Origin: an uncultured Bacteroidales bacterium
GTDB lineage: Bacteria > Bacteroidota > Bacteroidia > Bacteroidales > UBA932
Length of the DNA: 64,000 nucleotides
Direction of reading: 5' to 3'
Assembly (NCBI GenBank): GCA_963931055.1
Contig: OZ006987.1
Coordinates: 1,003,652-1,067,651, forward strand
Under the pieces are notes generated by a model. The model was not told the DNA's origin, did not search any database, and saw only the letters and a list, made by a program, of their open reading frames with translations. Position 1 is the first letter of the stretch. Every line of letters starts with the position of its first letter. The position numbers were made by a program, and so were the translations under genes. This document shows, in pieces, positions 1 to 10,819 of the stretch.

Positions 1-1207
<1,207 letters not shown>

Positions 1208-1295
1208 AATCAATCCTTGCTTATTGCAAAAGTCGGACCGCAAAGATGATGATTTTTTCGCTATCTTTGAAGCGTTAACCTTAAAATGTCGTTAT

Positions 1296-1817
1296 ATGAA
1301 AAAAGTCCTTTTTGTCTTATCCGTTCTGATTATGATGTCTCTCAGAGCTGCTGCCCAGCATATACCGCAAGATGCGACTTTATATTATAAAGCCGGCAAC
1401 GTCTACACCACCGATGGCGACATCAAGCTGACCAAAGCCAACGCCCTGAACTATTTCCCGCTTCTGGACGACTACGAAAACTATTGGCTTAAAGGCAAGA
1501 GACTCTTCACTGCCGGTATTGTGGTCAGTTCTGTCGGAGCGGGTCTGGCTTTGGGTGGCTATCTTTTCGATGTCATCAACTTTTCATTTTTCTGGGAAAA
1601 TGATCCGGAGGCTCCTCAGATGTATGTCCCCATTCCGTCATTTGCCGGATGGATTTTCGGAGGAGCAATGTTAGTGGCTAGCGTGCCTTTATATTGGGTC
1701 GGTACGGTAAAGCTGAAGAAGGCTGCGGCAGCAGGAGGACCCAAAGACCTGGCATTTGAACCGGAACTGTCCTTCGTCACTCAGTCAGGCGGCATCGGCC
1801 TCGCCATCAACTTCTGA
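1296..1817 (+). CDS. hypothetical exported/membrane protein
   Basis: The in-frame ATG at 1296 inside track ORF 1158..1817 gives a signal-peptide-like MKKVLFVLSVLIMMSLRAAAQ. Two Gly-rich hydrophobic segments follow. No family recognised. Confidence 0.5.
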   Translation: MKKVLFVLSVLIMMSLRAAAQHIPQDATLYYKAGNVYTTDGDIKLTKANALNYFPLLDDYENYWLKGKRLFTAGIVVSSVGAGLALGGYLFDVINFSFFWENDPEAPQMYVPIPSFAGWIFGGAMLVASVPLYWVGTVKLKKAAAAGGPKDLAFEPELSFVTQSGGIGLAINF

Positions 1818-1883
1818 CAAGATTCAAACTGCCGCTTTGCCATGCAAGCAGAATGACACAACCGATGCCGCCTCATTCAGAAA

Positions 1884-3113
1884 TCAGTCGAAATGCTCCT
1901 GCAGGTAGCTTTTGACAGAGGCGATGTCCGTGACCTTTTCAACGATACGTCCGTTACTGCCGATAAGGAAGATACCTCCTCCGCCTCCGGCAATATCGTA
2001 AAGTTGCCAGATACCCTCGGCCCTGTCCAGGTCGTAGAGCTGAATCCAGGGATACCCGTCACTCTCTACGGCACGGCGCATGTCGTCCAAAGAGCCGAAT
2101 TCTCCGGCCACACCTATCACTGTAAAACCTTTGTCCTTATATTGCTCATAGACAGGTATCAGCTCTATGGAATGCTTCCTGCACGGCGTACACCAGGATG
2201 CCCAGCAGTCCAATACGGCTATTTTACCCTCAATCAGCTCCGAAAGCATATACCTGTCTCCGTCTAAAGCCGGCGCGCTGAAATCCGGAGCCGGCATACC
2301 GGGACGAACCCGCTCTATAGCCGCCAGTTCTGCCTCAACGCCGCTTATCATATCATTGCCTAGGAACTTCTTCTTATACTCTTCCAGCAGACTGAAACAA
2401 GAAGCGTCTATGGAATCTATCCTGCCGGACTTATACAGTTGTATCTGATATGATATGTCATCCGTAAGCTCTGCCAGACCGGCAAGCGTCTTGTGCGTGC
2501 GCATCCTCTCAGCCTTCCATTGCGGATAGTCCGAAGATGCCTTTATGCTGTCATAAACCTTATTGACCCGGTCATACATGGCCATCACAGCCCTTTCTCC
2601 CTCAGATCCTTCCTCAGGCCAGCCATCTTCTCCGTAATGTTCCGCTATCCAAAGATCAATCATATAGTACATGCTGTCGACAACATCATACCCCTCAGAT
2701 TGTTTTCTACTATACAGATACATCTCCTCATTGTCACTGCTTCCGCTTACCACGGCATTTGCCATTCCGTACTTGGTGCTGAACTGAAAATGCAGAGGAG
2801 CTCTGTCCGAGAGCAGTTTGAAGACCTGAAATGAACCATCTGAGAAATCAGTCTCGAAAATCATATTGTATCTCCTCGACACAGAATCCTGGAAAGACAT
2901 GTAGAAAGAGCCCTTGTCCAGTCTGTCGTAAGCGACCGGCTCGTCAAAACGTGGATCCGCACCGTCTCTGTAGATAAGTACCAGCGAGCTGTCCGGATAA
3001 AAATCCGCGCCCTCACCGCTGACATTGACAGTATATACCTTGGAGTTCTCACAGGATGCGGCCATGAGCATCACCCCCGCCGCGCATAATAGCATCTGAA
3101 TAGTCTTTTTCAT
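1884..3113 (-). CDS. TlpA/AhpC-TSA family thiol:disulfide oxidoreductase lipoprotein
   Basis: C-terminal thioredoxin fold with the CxxC motif VLDCWASWCTPCRKH. N-terminus MKKTIQMLLCAAGVMLMAASC is lipoprotein-like. I prefer the ATG at 3113 because the track start at 3134 is a TTG. Confidence 0.8.
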   Translation of the reverse strand: MKKTIQMLLCAAGVMLMAASCENSKVYTVNVSGEGADFYPDSSLVLIYRDGADPRFDEPVAYDRLDKGSFYMSFQDSVSRRYNMIFETDFSDGSFQVFKLLSDRAPLHFQFSTKYGMANAVVSGSSDNEEMYLYSRKQSEGYDVVDSMYYMIDLWIAEHYGEDGWPEEGSEGERAVMAMYDRVNKVYDSIKASSDYPQWKAERMRTHKTLAGLAELTDDISYQIQLYKSGRIDSIDASCFSLLEEYKKKFLGNDMISGVEAELAAIERVRPGMPAPDFSAPALDGDRYMLSELIEGKIAVLDCWASWCTPCRKHSIELIPVYEQYKDKGFTVIGVAGEFGSLDDMRRAVESDGYPWIQLYDLDRAEGIWQLYDIAGGGGGIFLIGSNGRIVEKVTDIASVKSYLQEHFD

Positions 3114-3171
3114 AAAGAAATTAATTTTTAACAAATCTAAAAAAATTCAGACATATTTGTTATATTGCGGA

Positions 3172-4836
3172 ATGTTTATACAAACTCTGATAATGCTTGC
3201 AGCATCTCTATCCGTCCAGACAGCGGAAGACACACTTGCGCAAATTTCCAGAATAAACGGAGCGGACATGACTCTTTACGCCCTGTACCGTGATTATGCC
3301 GACAGTGATAAAAACAAAGCTATGGAATACGCGGAACTGTTCCTGGAACGGATAGATTCGTCATCCAGAAGCCCGTATCTCGGTCCTGTCTACCTGGAGC
3401 TGTCGGATTGGTACGAAAACGACAGATACCGCTTTTCAACCGCTATATACTACAGAAACATAGCTCTTGACATATACGAAAAGGCTAATGACAAATATCA
3501 TGAAGCTGAATGCAAATACATACTGGCCAGACTGTACCTTAAGACTGGACAATACAACAACACTCTCAGATATGCTTCTGATGCAGTGACATTTTTCGAA
3601 AAAACAAGAGATTCCGTACAGATGATGGAATGCTACGAACTATTGGGAATAGTATATGAAGCCTGCAGGGAATACGTCAAATCCGACAGATATCTGCAGA
3701 CATATGCGGCCATGGCAAGAAAACTCAAGGACAGCACCAGAATACTCATCGGCCTCAACAACTCGGCTGTATTCGCCAGCCTTACAGGTGATACTGCAAA
3801 AACTGTCACTCTACTTAATGAAGCCATTTCCCTGTCCAGACACACCAAAGACACATCTCTGCTCTGCAATTTGTATATCAATGCAGCTGCGGCATCCACA
3901 CAGGCCGGACATTATCAGTCTGCCCGTGCTTATCTGGATTCCTCCAGTTCATTGCTTACAGGTACTGACCTTTACGGTCAATATTGGCTGTACTATGGAG
4001 ACCTGTATATGAAAACCGGAAACAACGCAAGAGCCGCAGAGGCCTTCAAAAAGGCGGCAGACTATTACTCACAGGGAGAATTCGAGATGATACTCAAAAA
4101 CATATATGCTTCTCTGAACGACATATACAGAAGCATGGGCGACACTGCCAAAGCCTACCACTATCTACAAAACATGTACAACATAGAACAAGGGCTCAAT
4201 AGAGAGGACATGATGCTTGAACTGTTCAAGGCACAAAACGAGATCGAGATGTCCCGTGAGCAGGAGGCCCTGAAAACCAGCAGATCACGACAGCAAACAC
4301 TCATACTGTCAACACTATTCCTCATTATACTGGCTTCACTGATCACCGCATTTATACTACGTCGCAGAGCCTTCGATATAAAGCAGAAAGAATTACAGGT
4401 AGAGCGAGACAGAGAGATCTCCGAAATCAAAAAAAACCAACAGTTCCGTACCGACAAGATACTATGCAACGCAATAAGCCGGCTGCAAACACTCTCGGAA
4501 GAATCCAGATCCACCGCGATGCGAAACAAGATAAACTCTATCTGCGACGACTTGCGCGGGTCAAAAGACGTGGACGCATGGAAAGAGATCGAACAGTATA
4601 TCCCTGACGCAAACAGCACTTTTTTCAGGAATCTGACTGCGGCCTATCCCAACCTGACCGTCAACGAAAGCCGCCTGTGCGTATTTCTGAACCGCAACCT
4701 GTCCACCAAGCAGATATCCGAGATAACCCGCCAGTCGCCCGAGAGCATCAACGTGGCACGCACCCGCCTGCGCAAGAAACTGGGGATTACAGGAAGCGAC
4801 ACCTCCATGCAGGAATTCCTGAGAAAGTACAATTGA
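3172..4836 (+). CDS. membrane-anchored TPR-repeat regulator with C-terminal LuxR-type HTH
   Basis: The N-terminal half is TPR-like (repeated A..Y...G.Y..A helices). It has one hydrophobic segment (LILSTLFLIILASLITAFIL). The C-terminus ESRLCVFLNRNLSTKQISEITRQSPESINVARTRLRKKLGI matches the LuxR/GerE HTH pattern. ATG at 3172 preferred over the TTG at 3157. Confidence 0.7.
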   Translation: MFIQTLIMLAASLSVQTAEDTLAQISRINGADMTLYALYRDYADSDKNKAMEYAELFLERIDSSSRSPYLGPVYLELSDWYENDRYRFSTAIYYRNIALDIYEKANDKYHEAECKYILARLYLKTGQYNNTLRYASDAVTFFEKTRDSVQMMECYELLGIVYEACREYVKSDRYLQTYAAMARKLKDSTRILIGLNNSAVFASLTGDTAKTVTLLNEAISLSRHTKDTSLLCNLYINAAAASTQAGHYQSARAYLDSSSSLLTGTDLYGQYWLYYGDLYMKTGNNARAAEAFKKAADYYSQGEFEMILKNIYASLNDIYRSMGDTAKAYHYLQNMYNIEQGLNREDMMLELFKAQNEIEMSREQEALKTSRSRQQTLILSTLFLIILASLITAFILRRRAFDIKQKELQVERDREISEIKKNQQFRTDKILCNAISRLQTLSEESRSTAMRNKINSICDDLRGSKDVDAWKEIEQYIPDANSTFFRNLTAAYPNLTVNESRLCVFLNRNLSTKQISEITRQSPESINVARTRLRKKLGITGSDTSMQEFLRKYN

Positions 4837-4892
4837 TACCGTCTTCCAACATCAAGATTTCCAGGATTTAAAGCAGCATTGTATCTATATTG

Positions 4893-4908
4893 TTACAATA
4901 CATTGTAA
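4893..4908. promoter_or_regulatory. 16 bp palindrome TTACAAT-AC-ATTGTAA between the regulator and the GLUG gene (candidate operator)
   Basis: Perfect 7 bp arms read directly. Additional ATTGTA copies lie just upstream (4878-4883) and inside the palindrome. Confidence 0.25.
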
Positions 4909-4961
4909 TGTATGTATTACGCATGTTCGGTACGCAAATTTTGATTATTTTCTCCATAATA

Positions 4962-4969
4962 TAATTTTG
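4962..4969 (+). promoter_or_regulatory. candidate Bacteroidetes -7 promoter box (TAATTTTG)
   Basis: Matches the TAnnTTTG consensus, 30 nt upstream of the ATG at 4999. Confidence 0.3.
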
Positions 4970-4998
4970 AATCCGAAAAATCTCTAATACTTAATAAT

Positions 4999-7602
4999 AT
5001 GAAATCATTACTGACGTTATCAGCGGCCTCACTGCTTTTGATAGGAGGCATCGCATCATGCTCCCTTGAAGAGCGGATCAATGATCTGGATGACCGTGTC
5101 AGCACACTGGAAAAACAGATTCAGGATGTCAAGTCCGACATGTCATCCCTCCGGGAGATTGTGGATAAACTGCAGTCCTCAGTCACTATCGACAATATCG
5201 TAGAGGACGAGAACGGGTACACCATCAATTTCTCTGACGGGACTTCCGTCACTATCACCAACGGAAGCGACGGTGTCACTCCTCCGACCATTACCGTTAT
5301 GGAAATTGACGGAGAATACTACTGGGGACTTGAATATCCTGACGGCAGCATAGTGCCCATCACTGACGGGGAAGGAAACAACATCCCGGTGACCGGAGGT
5401 ATGCCCGATATCCGTATCAATCCTGAGACTGGTAACTGGGAAATATCAACTGACGGAGGTGAGCACTGGAATGATACAGGCATGCCCTCTGCCGGTGAGG
5501 GCGACTCCATTTTCAATCAGGTTACTCAGGATGAAAACAATGTGTATTTTGAACTGCGTGGAGGAACAATCATTACAGTTCCCAAGACAAAAGAAGTCAT
5601 TTTCGAATTCGGAACAAACGAAGATACACTTACATTTTCCTATGGTGAGAGCAAGACCCTGGAAAACTATAGACTGAGTGGTGCGGACAAAGTGAGCATC
5701 ACAAAACCTGACGGATGGAGAGCCTCCATCGAACCGACCGGTTTTATAATAACCGCACCTGTCGCAGAGAATAAGTTCGCGGAGACAGAGGGAGTTATCT
5801 GCGTCATACTGGTATCTTCCAACGGACAGAGTTTCATGGCAGAGCAGAAAGTCTCTGTAGAAGATGGATTCGCATCAGGAAACGGCTCCGCCACAGATCC
5901 TTATATTATAGACAACACGTCTCAGCTGACACTTTTCTCCGAGAGAGTCAACTCCGGTGACTCAACTTACATATCCGCGCATTATATGCTGAATAATGAC
6001 ATAGACCTGTCCGGCATTGACTGGCAACCTATAGGAGCGGGCATTGGCAATACCGATCTGACACTTGCCGAGAACAACTGCTTTGAGGGTTCTTTTAACG
6101 GCAATGGCCATAAAATCACAGGTTTGTCCATAAAGGCAACTGTTACCGATGATATAAGTTTCTACGGCCTGTTCGGACTCTGCCGCAACAGCACCATCTC
6201 CAATCTGAATGTTGAGGGTGATATCGAAATATCCGACACTCCGGAAAGCCAAACAGGGATGGTCGCCGCCGGAGGCATTATTGGCAGCGGAAGCGGTGTT
6301 ACAGTCAGCAACTGCTCATTTTCCGGTTCTATAAAAGCCTCATGTCCCAACTCTCCAAACGCCAGTATCGCAGTAGGCGGCATAGTCGGGAATCTGATTG
6401 GAAGCATGGAAGGCTGCTCAGTCACTGTGCCAGAAGGAGGCAGCATATCCTCATCTGCATCTTTCTCCACTTCCGGAGCTGTAGCAGGCTATGTCAATTC
6501 GGGAACAATAACCTCATGCAATGCTGATATTTACGGGATCATCTCCTCGGAGTGCCCCGAGACAGCAGTCAATGCATTAAGCCCGACAGCAATTGCCGGC
6601 GGACTGATCGGAAGCTCGTTCGGAGGCTCAATAGGAAATTGCAGAATCCTGATAAGCGGAGACATTATTGCACTGTGCGAACATGCCGACACTGATGATA
6701 TAGGAAGCGCACTGGCTGGAGGCATCTCAGGCAGTTACGCAGCAGATGCATTCGGGAACAACAATGTGGAGATCTCCGGCAACATAACTGCAAGAGGTGT
6801 CAATTCTGCATCAGCAGGTGGAGCTGTAGGAAGCCAAAATAACGCAGGATATGGTGCCAGTCAGTTGGATGTCAACCTTTCCGGAAATATCTCCTCTGAA
6901 ACATTTGGGAACGGACTCTCAGATGCGGCTTACTCTGGAGGTATCTACGGCAGGGCATCATTCCAGATGGGAGACATTTCTGACTCATACGCTGTCATAT
7001 CGGGTTCCATATCTGCAAAATCAACCGTATTCGCCGGCACCGGAGGAGTGGCAGGTACTTCCTCAACAGTGACAAGGAGTTGGGCAATATGCAGCGAATC
7101 AGGCATGCTGTCAGCAGAGTCCGACAATAACGATGCTGTAACAGGTGGTGTTTCAGGCATCATCACCTCCGGCAATATTGTCGGCTGCTACTCAATCTTA
7201 GATGGAGATATGAGAGCAGTATCCAGCAACGGAGGCGGATATATCGGAGGTATTGCAGGTGCCATGTCCGGCAATATGATGCGGGCCAAATACGCAATAA
7301 GCTGTTATTCCCTGTCTGACTGCACAGTCTCATTATCCGGGACTCCTGCCATGACAGGAGCCATAGTCGGGCTCAACAATAGATACGGGACATTGAACAC
7401 TTGCTACTGGCATAGTGGCAACGACTCATTCACAGGACACTCCGGAGCAGAAGGCGCGTCTGACCTATATAAACTCGCAGATCGTTCACAAGCCTCTTTG
7501 GAAGAAGCGGCCGCCGCAATGAATGAGATTCTCACAGGATACAGTTCTCAGTACACTTATGACAACAGCACCGGCTGGCTTACAGTATACCGCATAGAAT
7601 AG
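4999..7602 (+). CDS. large surface lipoprotein: coiled-coil N-terminus, Ig-like region, GLUG-like repeat domain (adhesin/protease-like architecture)
   Basis: Lipobox LLLIGGIASC. A heptad-like stretch (RINDLDDRVSTLEKQIQDVKSDMSSLREIVDKLQ) is followed by GYTINFSDGTSVTITNG, which I recall as DUF4988-like. Then FEGSFNGNGHKITGLSI and at least 9 GG[IVL][IVS]G repeats (AGGIIGS, VGGIVGN, AGGLIGS, AGGISGS, AGGAVGS, TGGVAGT, TGGVSGI, IGGIAGA). Confidence 0.65.
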   Translation: MKSLLTLSAASLLLIGGIASCSLEERINDLDDRVSTLEKQIQDVKSDMSSLREIVDKLQSSVTIDNIVEDENGYTINFSDGTSVTITNGSDGVTPPTITVMEIDGEYYWGLEYPDGSIVPITDGEGNNIPVTGGMPDIRINPETGNWEISTDGGEHWNDTGMPSAGEGDSIFNQVTQDENNVYFELRGGTIITVPKTKEVIFEFGTNEDTLTFSYGESKTLENYRLSGADKVSITKPDGWRASIEPTGFIITAPVAENKFAETEGVICVILVSSNGQSFMAEQKVSVEDGFASGNGSATDPYIIDNTSQLTLFSERVNSGDSTYISAHYMLNNDIDLSGIDWQPIGAGIGNTDLTLAENNCFEGSFNGNGHKITGLSIKATVTDDISFYGLFGLCRNSTISNLNVEGDIEISDTPESQTGMVAAGGIIGSGSGVTVSNCSFSGSIKASCPNSPNASIAVGGIVGNLIGSMEGCSVTVPEGGSISSSASFSTSGAVAGYVNSGTITSCNADIYGIISSECPETAVNALSPTAIAGGLIGSSFGGSIGNCRILISGDIIALCEHADTDDIGSALAGGISGSYAADAFGNNNVEISGNITARGVNSASAGGAVGSQNNAGYGASQLDVNLSGNISSETFGNGLSDAAYSGGIYGRASFQMGDISDSYAVISGSISAKSTVFAGTGGVAGTSSTVTRSWAICSESGMLSAESDNNDAVTGGVSGIITSGNIVGCYSILDGDMRAVSSNGGGYIGGIAGAMSGNMMRAKYAISCYSLSDCTVSLSGTPAMTGAIVGLNNRYGTLNTCYWHSGNDSFTGHSGAEGASDLYKLADRSQASLEEAAAAMNEILTGYSSQYTYDNSTGWLTVYRIE

Positions 7603-7718
7603 CAGCACTGCAGACCCGCCTTCCATCCAACTAAGCAATAGGGATGTACCGATATTTTAATCCGGTGCATCCTTGTTTTATTTAAAAATGTTATCTTTGA
7701 CATCATCAAAGAAAAAAT

Positions 7719-8723
7719 ATGGCAACGGAAATATCAGCAATAGGCAAGCAGGCCCTGATGTCGCGGCTCTTCGAGGGCAGCGGTTTCGTGAATGGGCGGG
7801 GCTGCGCGTTCTCCGGGGACGGGGACTTCGGCACGGTACACAAGGTATTCATGGAAAAGGTGGATTTCGACCTGACGTACAATCCTCTGCAGCATCTCGG
7901 GCACAAGCTGGCCCTGAATGTCATCGGGGAGCTATACGCGGGCATGTATTCCCCTGTGGGCATGGATGTGGTGGTGGCTCTGTCCAACCGCTTCTCGGCC
8001 GAGGATGTGCAGGATCTCTGGGAGGGCATCTCCGCTGCAGCCAAGGAACACGGCGCGGGGCATCTGGCCCTGGACTTGATTCCCTCGGCGGCCGGAATGG
8101 TGGTGAGCATCGCGGCCTGGGGCTCCACCGCTAAGGAGGTGACTGAAATGCGGAAGAAGGCTCAGTCAAAGGACCTTCTGGTGCTCAGCGGCGACTTGGG
8201 CGCGGCCTATATGGGGCTGCACGTATTAGAGAGGGAGAAAGCCGCATTCGAGGGTACTCCTGCCGGGGCGCAGCCCAAGCAGCCGGACCTGACACAGTAC
8301 AAATACATTGTAGGCGAATACCTCAGCCCCTATCTCAAGCCAGGTATTCCGGGACGTTTCACCGAGGCGGGAATCATCCCCTGCGGCGGTTATTTCATCA
8401 GCCGCGGCCTGGGTGACACCGCCAAGCGCATAGCTGCTGATACGGGCCTCGGAGTCAAGATCTACGTAGGGAAGATCCCGATTGCCTCCAAGACATTCGA
8501 GATGGCGCAGGAGCTGAACCTCGACCCCATCACTGCCGCCGTCAACGGTGGGGATGACTACCGCCTCCTGTATATTGTCCCCCTCGAGTTCCACGAGACC
8601 CTCCGCCATGACTTCCAGGACTGGGACATCATCGGCCACCTCGCCCACTCCGACGTGGGCGAGGTCCTCGTCACCCCCGAAGGAGCCGAAATCGGCATCC
8701 ACGCCCAAGGCTATGAACAATAA
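7719..8723 (+). CDS. AIR synthase-related / thiamine-monophosphate kinase (ThiL)-like protein
   Basis: Length and layout resemble the PurM/ThiL superfamily (N-terminal dimerisation region, C-terminal GGDDYRLLY-type motif NGGDDYRLLYIVP). The N-terminal metal-binding motif is not canonical, so the function is uncertain. Confidence 0.5.
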   Translation: MATEISAIGKQALMSRLFEGSGFVNGRGCAFSGDGDFGTVHKVFMEKVDFDLTYNPLQHLGHKLALNVIGELYAGMYSPVGMDVVVALSNRFSAEDVQDLWEGISAAAKEHGAGHLALDLIPSAAGMVVSIAAWGSTAKEVTEMRKKAQSKDLLVLSGDLGAAYMGLHVLEREKAAFEGTPAGAQPKQPDLTQYKYIVGEYLSPYLKPGIPGRFTEAGIIPCGGYFISRGLGDTAKRIAADTGLGVKIYVGKIPIASKTFEMAQELNLDPITAAVNGGDDYRLLYIVPLEFHETLRHDFQDWDIIGHLAHSDVGEVLVTPEGAEIGIHAQGYEQ

Positions 8724-9924
8724 GAAGATTATGAAGAATACAAAATATACACACGTAGACTGTTTCGCTGGGCCGGGTGGTTTCTGCACCGGACTGACAG
8801 CCAGCGGTTTTAATACAAAAGTAGCCGTTGAATACATACGCAGTTGCTGTGACACATATTCCCACAATCATCCTGACGTTCACATGATATGCAATGACAT
8901 AAGGAAAGTACAGGCTGACGATATATTGCCGTACATACCTGATGAGGGAGTTGATCTGGTAACGTCCGGGATGCCATGCGAGACATTCTCCACAGCCGGT
9001 AATTCTTCCAGGTCTTTTTATGATGACCGCCAGGTACTGTTCCGGGAGGGAATAAGAATAGCTCAGATTTGCAGGGCTAAGTTGATTCTTTTTGAAAATG
9101 TGCCTGGGATAACTAGCAAGAAGATAGACAAATCATCAGAAAAACTGGTTATTACTCTGCTAAAAGAGGAGCTGCGCGAAGCCGGATACGGCAATTTTGT
9201 AGAAGTAATACTGGATGCGGCTTCTTTCGGAGTCCCACAGCATAGAAGACGTTTTTTTATACTGGCCGCAAAGGACGGGACATGGGAACTGACCGTTCCT
9301 CAAGAGGAGACAGACAGGCATACCGTCACGGTACAGGAGGCTCTTTGCGGTCTTCCGGATGTAGTGGCAAACAGCAATGAAGAACAGACTGAATATCTTT
9401 CCTGTGAATCAGATTACTCTTTACTGATGAAGAATGACAAGTTCTGGAGCAGACAGAACTTGCACTACGACAGGGGCATTCTGAATCACCTTCCGATGAA
9501 GCACCGTGAATGCACATTGAAAAGATTTGCACTTATACAACAAGGAGAAAGCCTGAAGACACTGTTTGAGAAATATCAGGGCAAGGAAAGACAGAATCTG
9601 CAGGAACAGCGCATATTGCCTAAAAAAATGTTCATCAAACGTAATTACAGACTCGTATCGGATGAACCGGCCCCCACAGTAACCAGTCATTGTCTGGATG
9701 AATTTATCCATCCTGACTCCAACAGGGCACTCACTGTCAGGGAATGTGCGCGGCTGCAGTCATTTCCTGATTCCTACAATTTTACAGGCGGACCATATAT
9801 TGTGCCTCATATAAACAGAGAAGTACAGGATAAATACGAACAGATCGGAGACGCTGTTCCGCCATTGCTGGCATACGCATGGGGAGAGAATATCAAATCA
9901 ATTTTAAATAAATACAGATTATGA
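8713..9924 (+). CDS. DNA (cytosine-5)-methyltransferase
   Basis: Canonical C5-MTase motifs are present. Motif I is DCFAGPGGF, IV is GMPCETFS, VI is ENVPG, VIII is QHRRRFF, IX is TVRECARLQSFPDSY and X is GDAVPPLL. The start is taken at MNNKKIMKNTKY (8713). The longer track ORF from 8548 overlaps the thiL-like gene in another frame. Confidence 0.9.
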   Translation: MNNKKIMKNTKYTHVDCFAGPGGFCTGLTASGFNTKVAVEYIRSCCDTYSHNHPDVHMICNDIRKVQADDILPYIPDEGVDLVTSGMPCETFSTAGNSSRSFYDDRQVLFREGIRIAQICRAKLILFENVPGITSKKIDKSSEKLVITLLKEELREAGYGNFVEVILDAASFGVPQHRRRFFILAAKDGTWELTVPQEETDRHTVTVQEALCGLPDVVANSNEEQTEYLSCESDYSLLMKNDKFWSRQNLHYDRGILNHLPMKHRECTLKRFALIQQGESLKTLFEKYQGKERQNLQEQRILPKKMFIKRNYRLVSDEPAPTVTSHCLDEFIHPDSNRALTVRECARLQSFPDSYNFTGGPYIVPHINREVQDKYEQIGDAVPPLLAYAWGENIKSILNKYRL

Positions 9925-10808
9925 AAGAAGGGATGAAAGAAAAACAAGTTGGAGAATTCTGTAAAGAAGTGTACACTGATGCGTATAATCAGCTACTGGA
10001 AAGCCTCCTTGCTGAAAACGGGACAAATTTGGAACAAACTCCCAAAAACAAACTGGAAGCATTTGAGGCCATCGCTCAGAAATATGCAATCAAACATTCA
10101 ATTATAAGCAGTCTTGAATCGTATCCGGACTCTGACCCTGCATCGGTATGGAAGTCCATTTATGGAGCCCATGTACATAGGAAGAGCGGCGTTGAGGACA
10201 TACGGACAATAACTAATGTAATCAGTGCCGATCAAAGTTGGAAGAAATCCAGTGGACATGCATTTGAGGAAATGATAAAAGACATATCGGCAGAGGTACT
10301 TCAAAAAGAAAATATAAACTTTGTACTGCAGAGAGATTTGACCAAGATGCTTGATGGACATATTCTTGCAAATGAAAAGAGGGACTTGGAATGGCTAAGG
10401 AAAAGGGTGGATGAAAGTGTCTTTGATCTGTACGCAATAACTGAACATAACAACAAAAGTTATTGTTTTGGCTGCATTCAGTGCAAAACTAGCATTAGGG
10501 ACAGAGTTACCCGCGACAGAGAGCCTTCAATAGATGCAATGGGAGCATTTTTCTGGAGTATTGCTATAGTATTGGACGGTAGTTTTCTTAAAATGCCTAA
10601 ATTTATTTCTATGGTTAACGGCGGCGGAACTGAACACCGCACTAATGGCTGGCACGGTCTGTATGTTTTCACATCGGAAAAGGAAACAGGCAGAATATAT
10701 AGGACTGACATCACTTTTAAAAAGCTTAAAGACCACGCAGTGAAGGCCGGCAGACAATGGTTGACTCAGCGTCAATGGCTTGATTCAACTTGGAATCCTG
10801 AAATCTAA
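9921..10808 (+). CDS. putative type II restriction endonuclease (PD-(D/E)xK-like), partner of the C5 methyltransferase
   Basis: ATGA start/stop overlap with the methyltransferase. Candidate nuclease core VFDLYAI...GCIQCKTSIRDRVTRDRE (D-x18-QxK followed by an acidic residue). The K-x3-R-D-R segment resembles the CCGG-reading R-(D/E)-R motif of the Cfr10I/NgoMIV/EcoRII group. No other family motif recognised. Confidence 0.55.
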   Translation: MKEGMKEKQVGEFCKEVYTDAYNQLLESLLAENGTNLEQTPKNKLEAFEAIAQKYAIKHSIISSLESYPDSDPASVWKSIYGAHVHRKSGVEDIRTITNVISADQSWKKSSGHAFEEMIKDISAEVLQKENINFVLQRDLTKMLDGHILANEKRDLEWLRKRVDESVFDLYAITEHNNKSYCFGCIQCKTSIRDRVTRDREPSIDAMGAFFWSIAIVLDGSFLKMPKFISMVNGGGTEHRTNGWHGLYVFTSEKETGRIYRTDITFKKLKDHAVKAGRQWLTQRQWLDSTWNPEI

Positions 10809-10819
10809 ATTGTTATTAT

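Noticed and set aside
4429-4436. An A8 homopolymer inside the TPR-LuxR regulator ORF, considered as a slipped-strand phase-variation switch. Similar tracts are the T8 at 47411-47418 and the A-rich run at 32495-32525.
   Set aside because: The tracts are short and the frame is intact. Nothing in a single sequence indicates length variation.
7673-8134. A 153 aa + strand ORF overlapping the start of the thiL-like gene in another frame, and the 140 aa antisense ORF at 7706..8128.
   Set aside because: The composition is Gly/Arg-rich with no motifs. The 334 aa frame from 7719 has the PurM/ThiL-like layout.
8548-8712. The N-terminal 55 codon extension of the methyltransferase ORF given in the track.
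   Set aside because: It overlaps the thiL-like gene in another frame and is Ser/Thr/Pro-rich. The conserved MTase motif I follows immediately after the internal MNNKK start.
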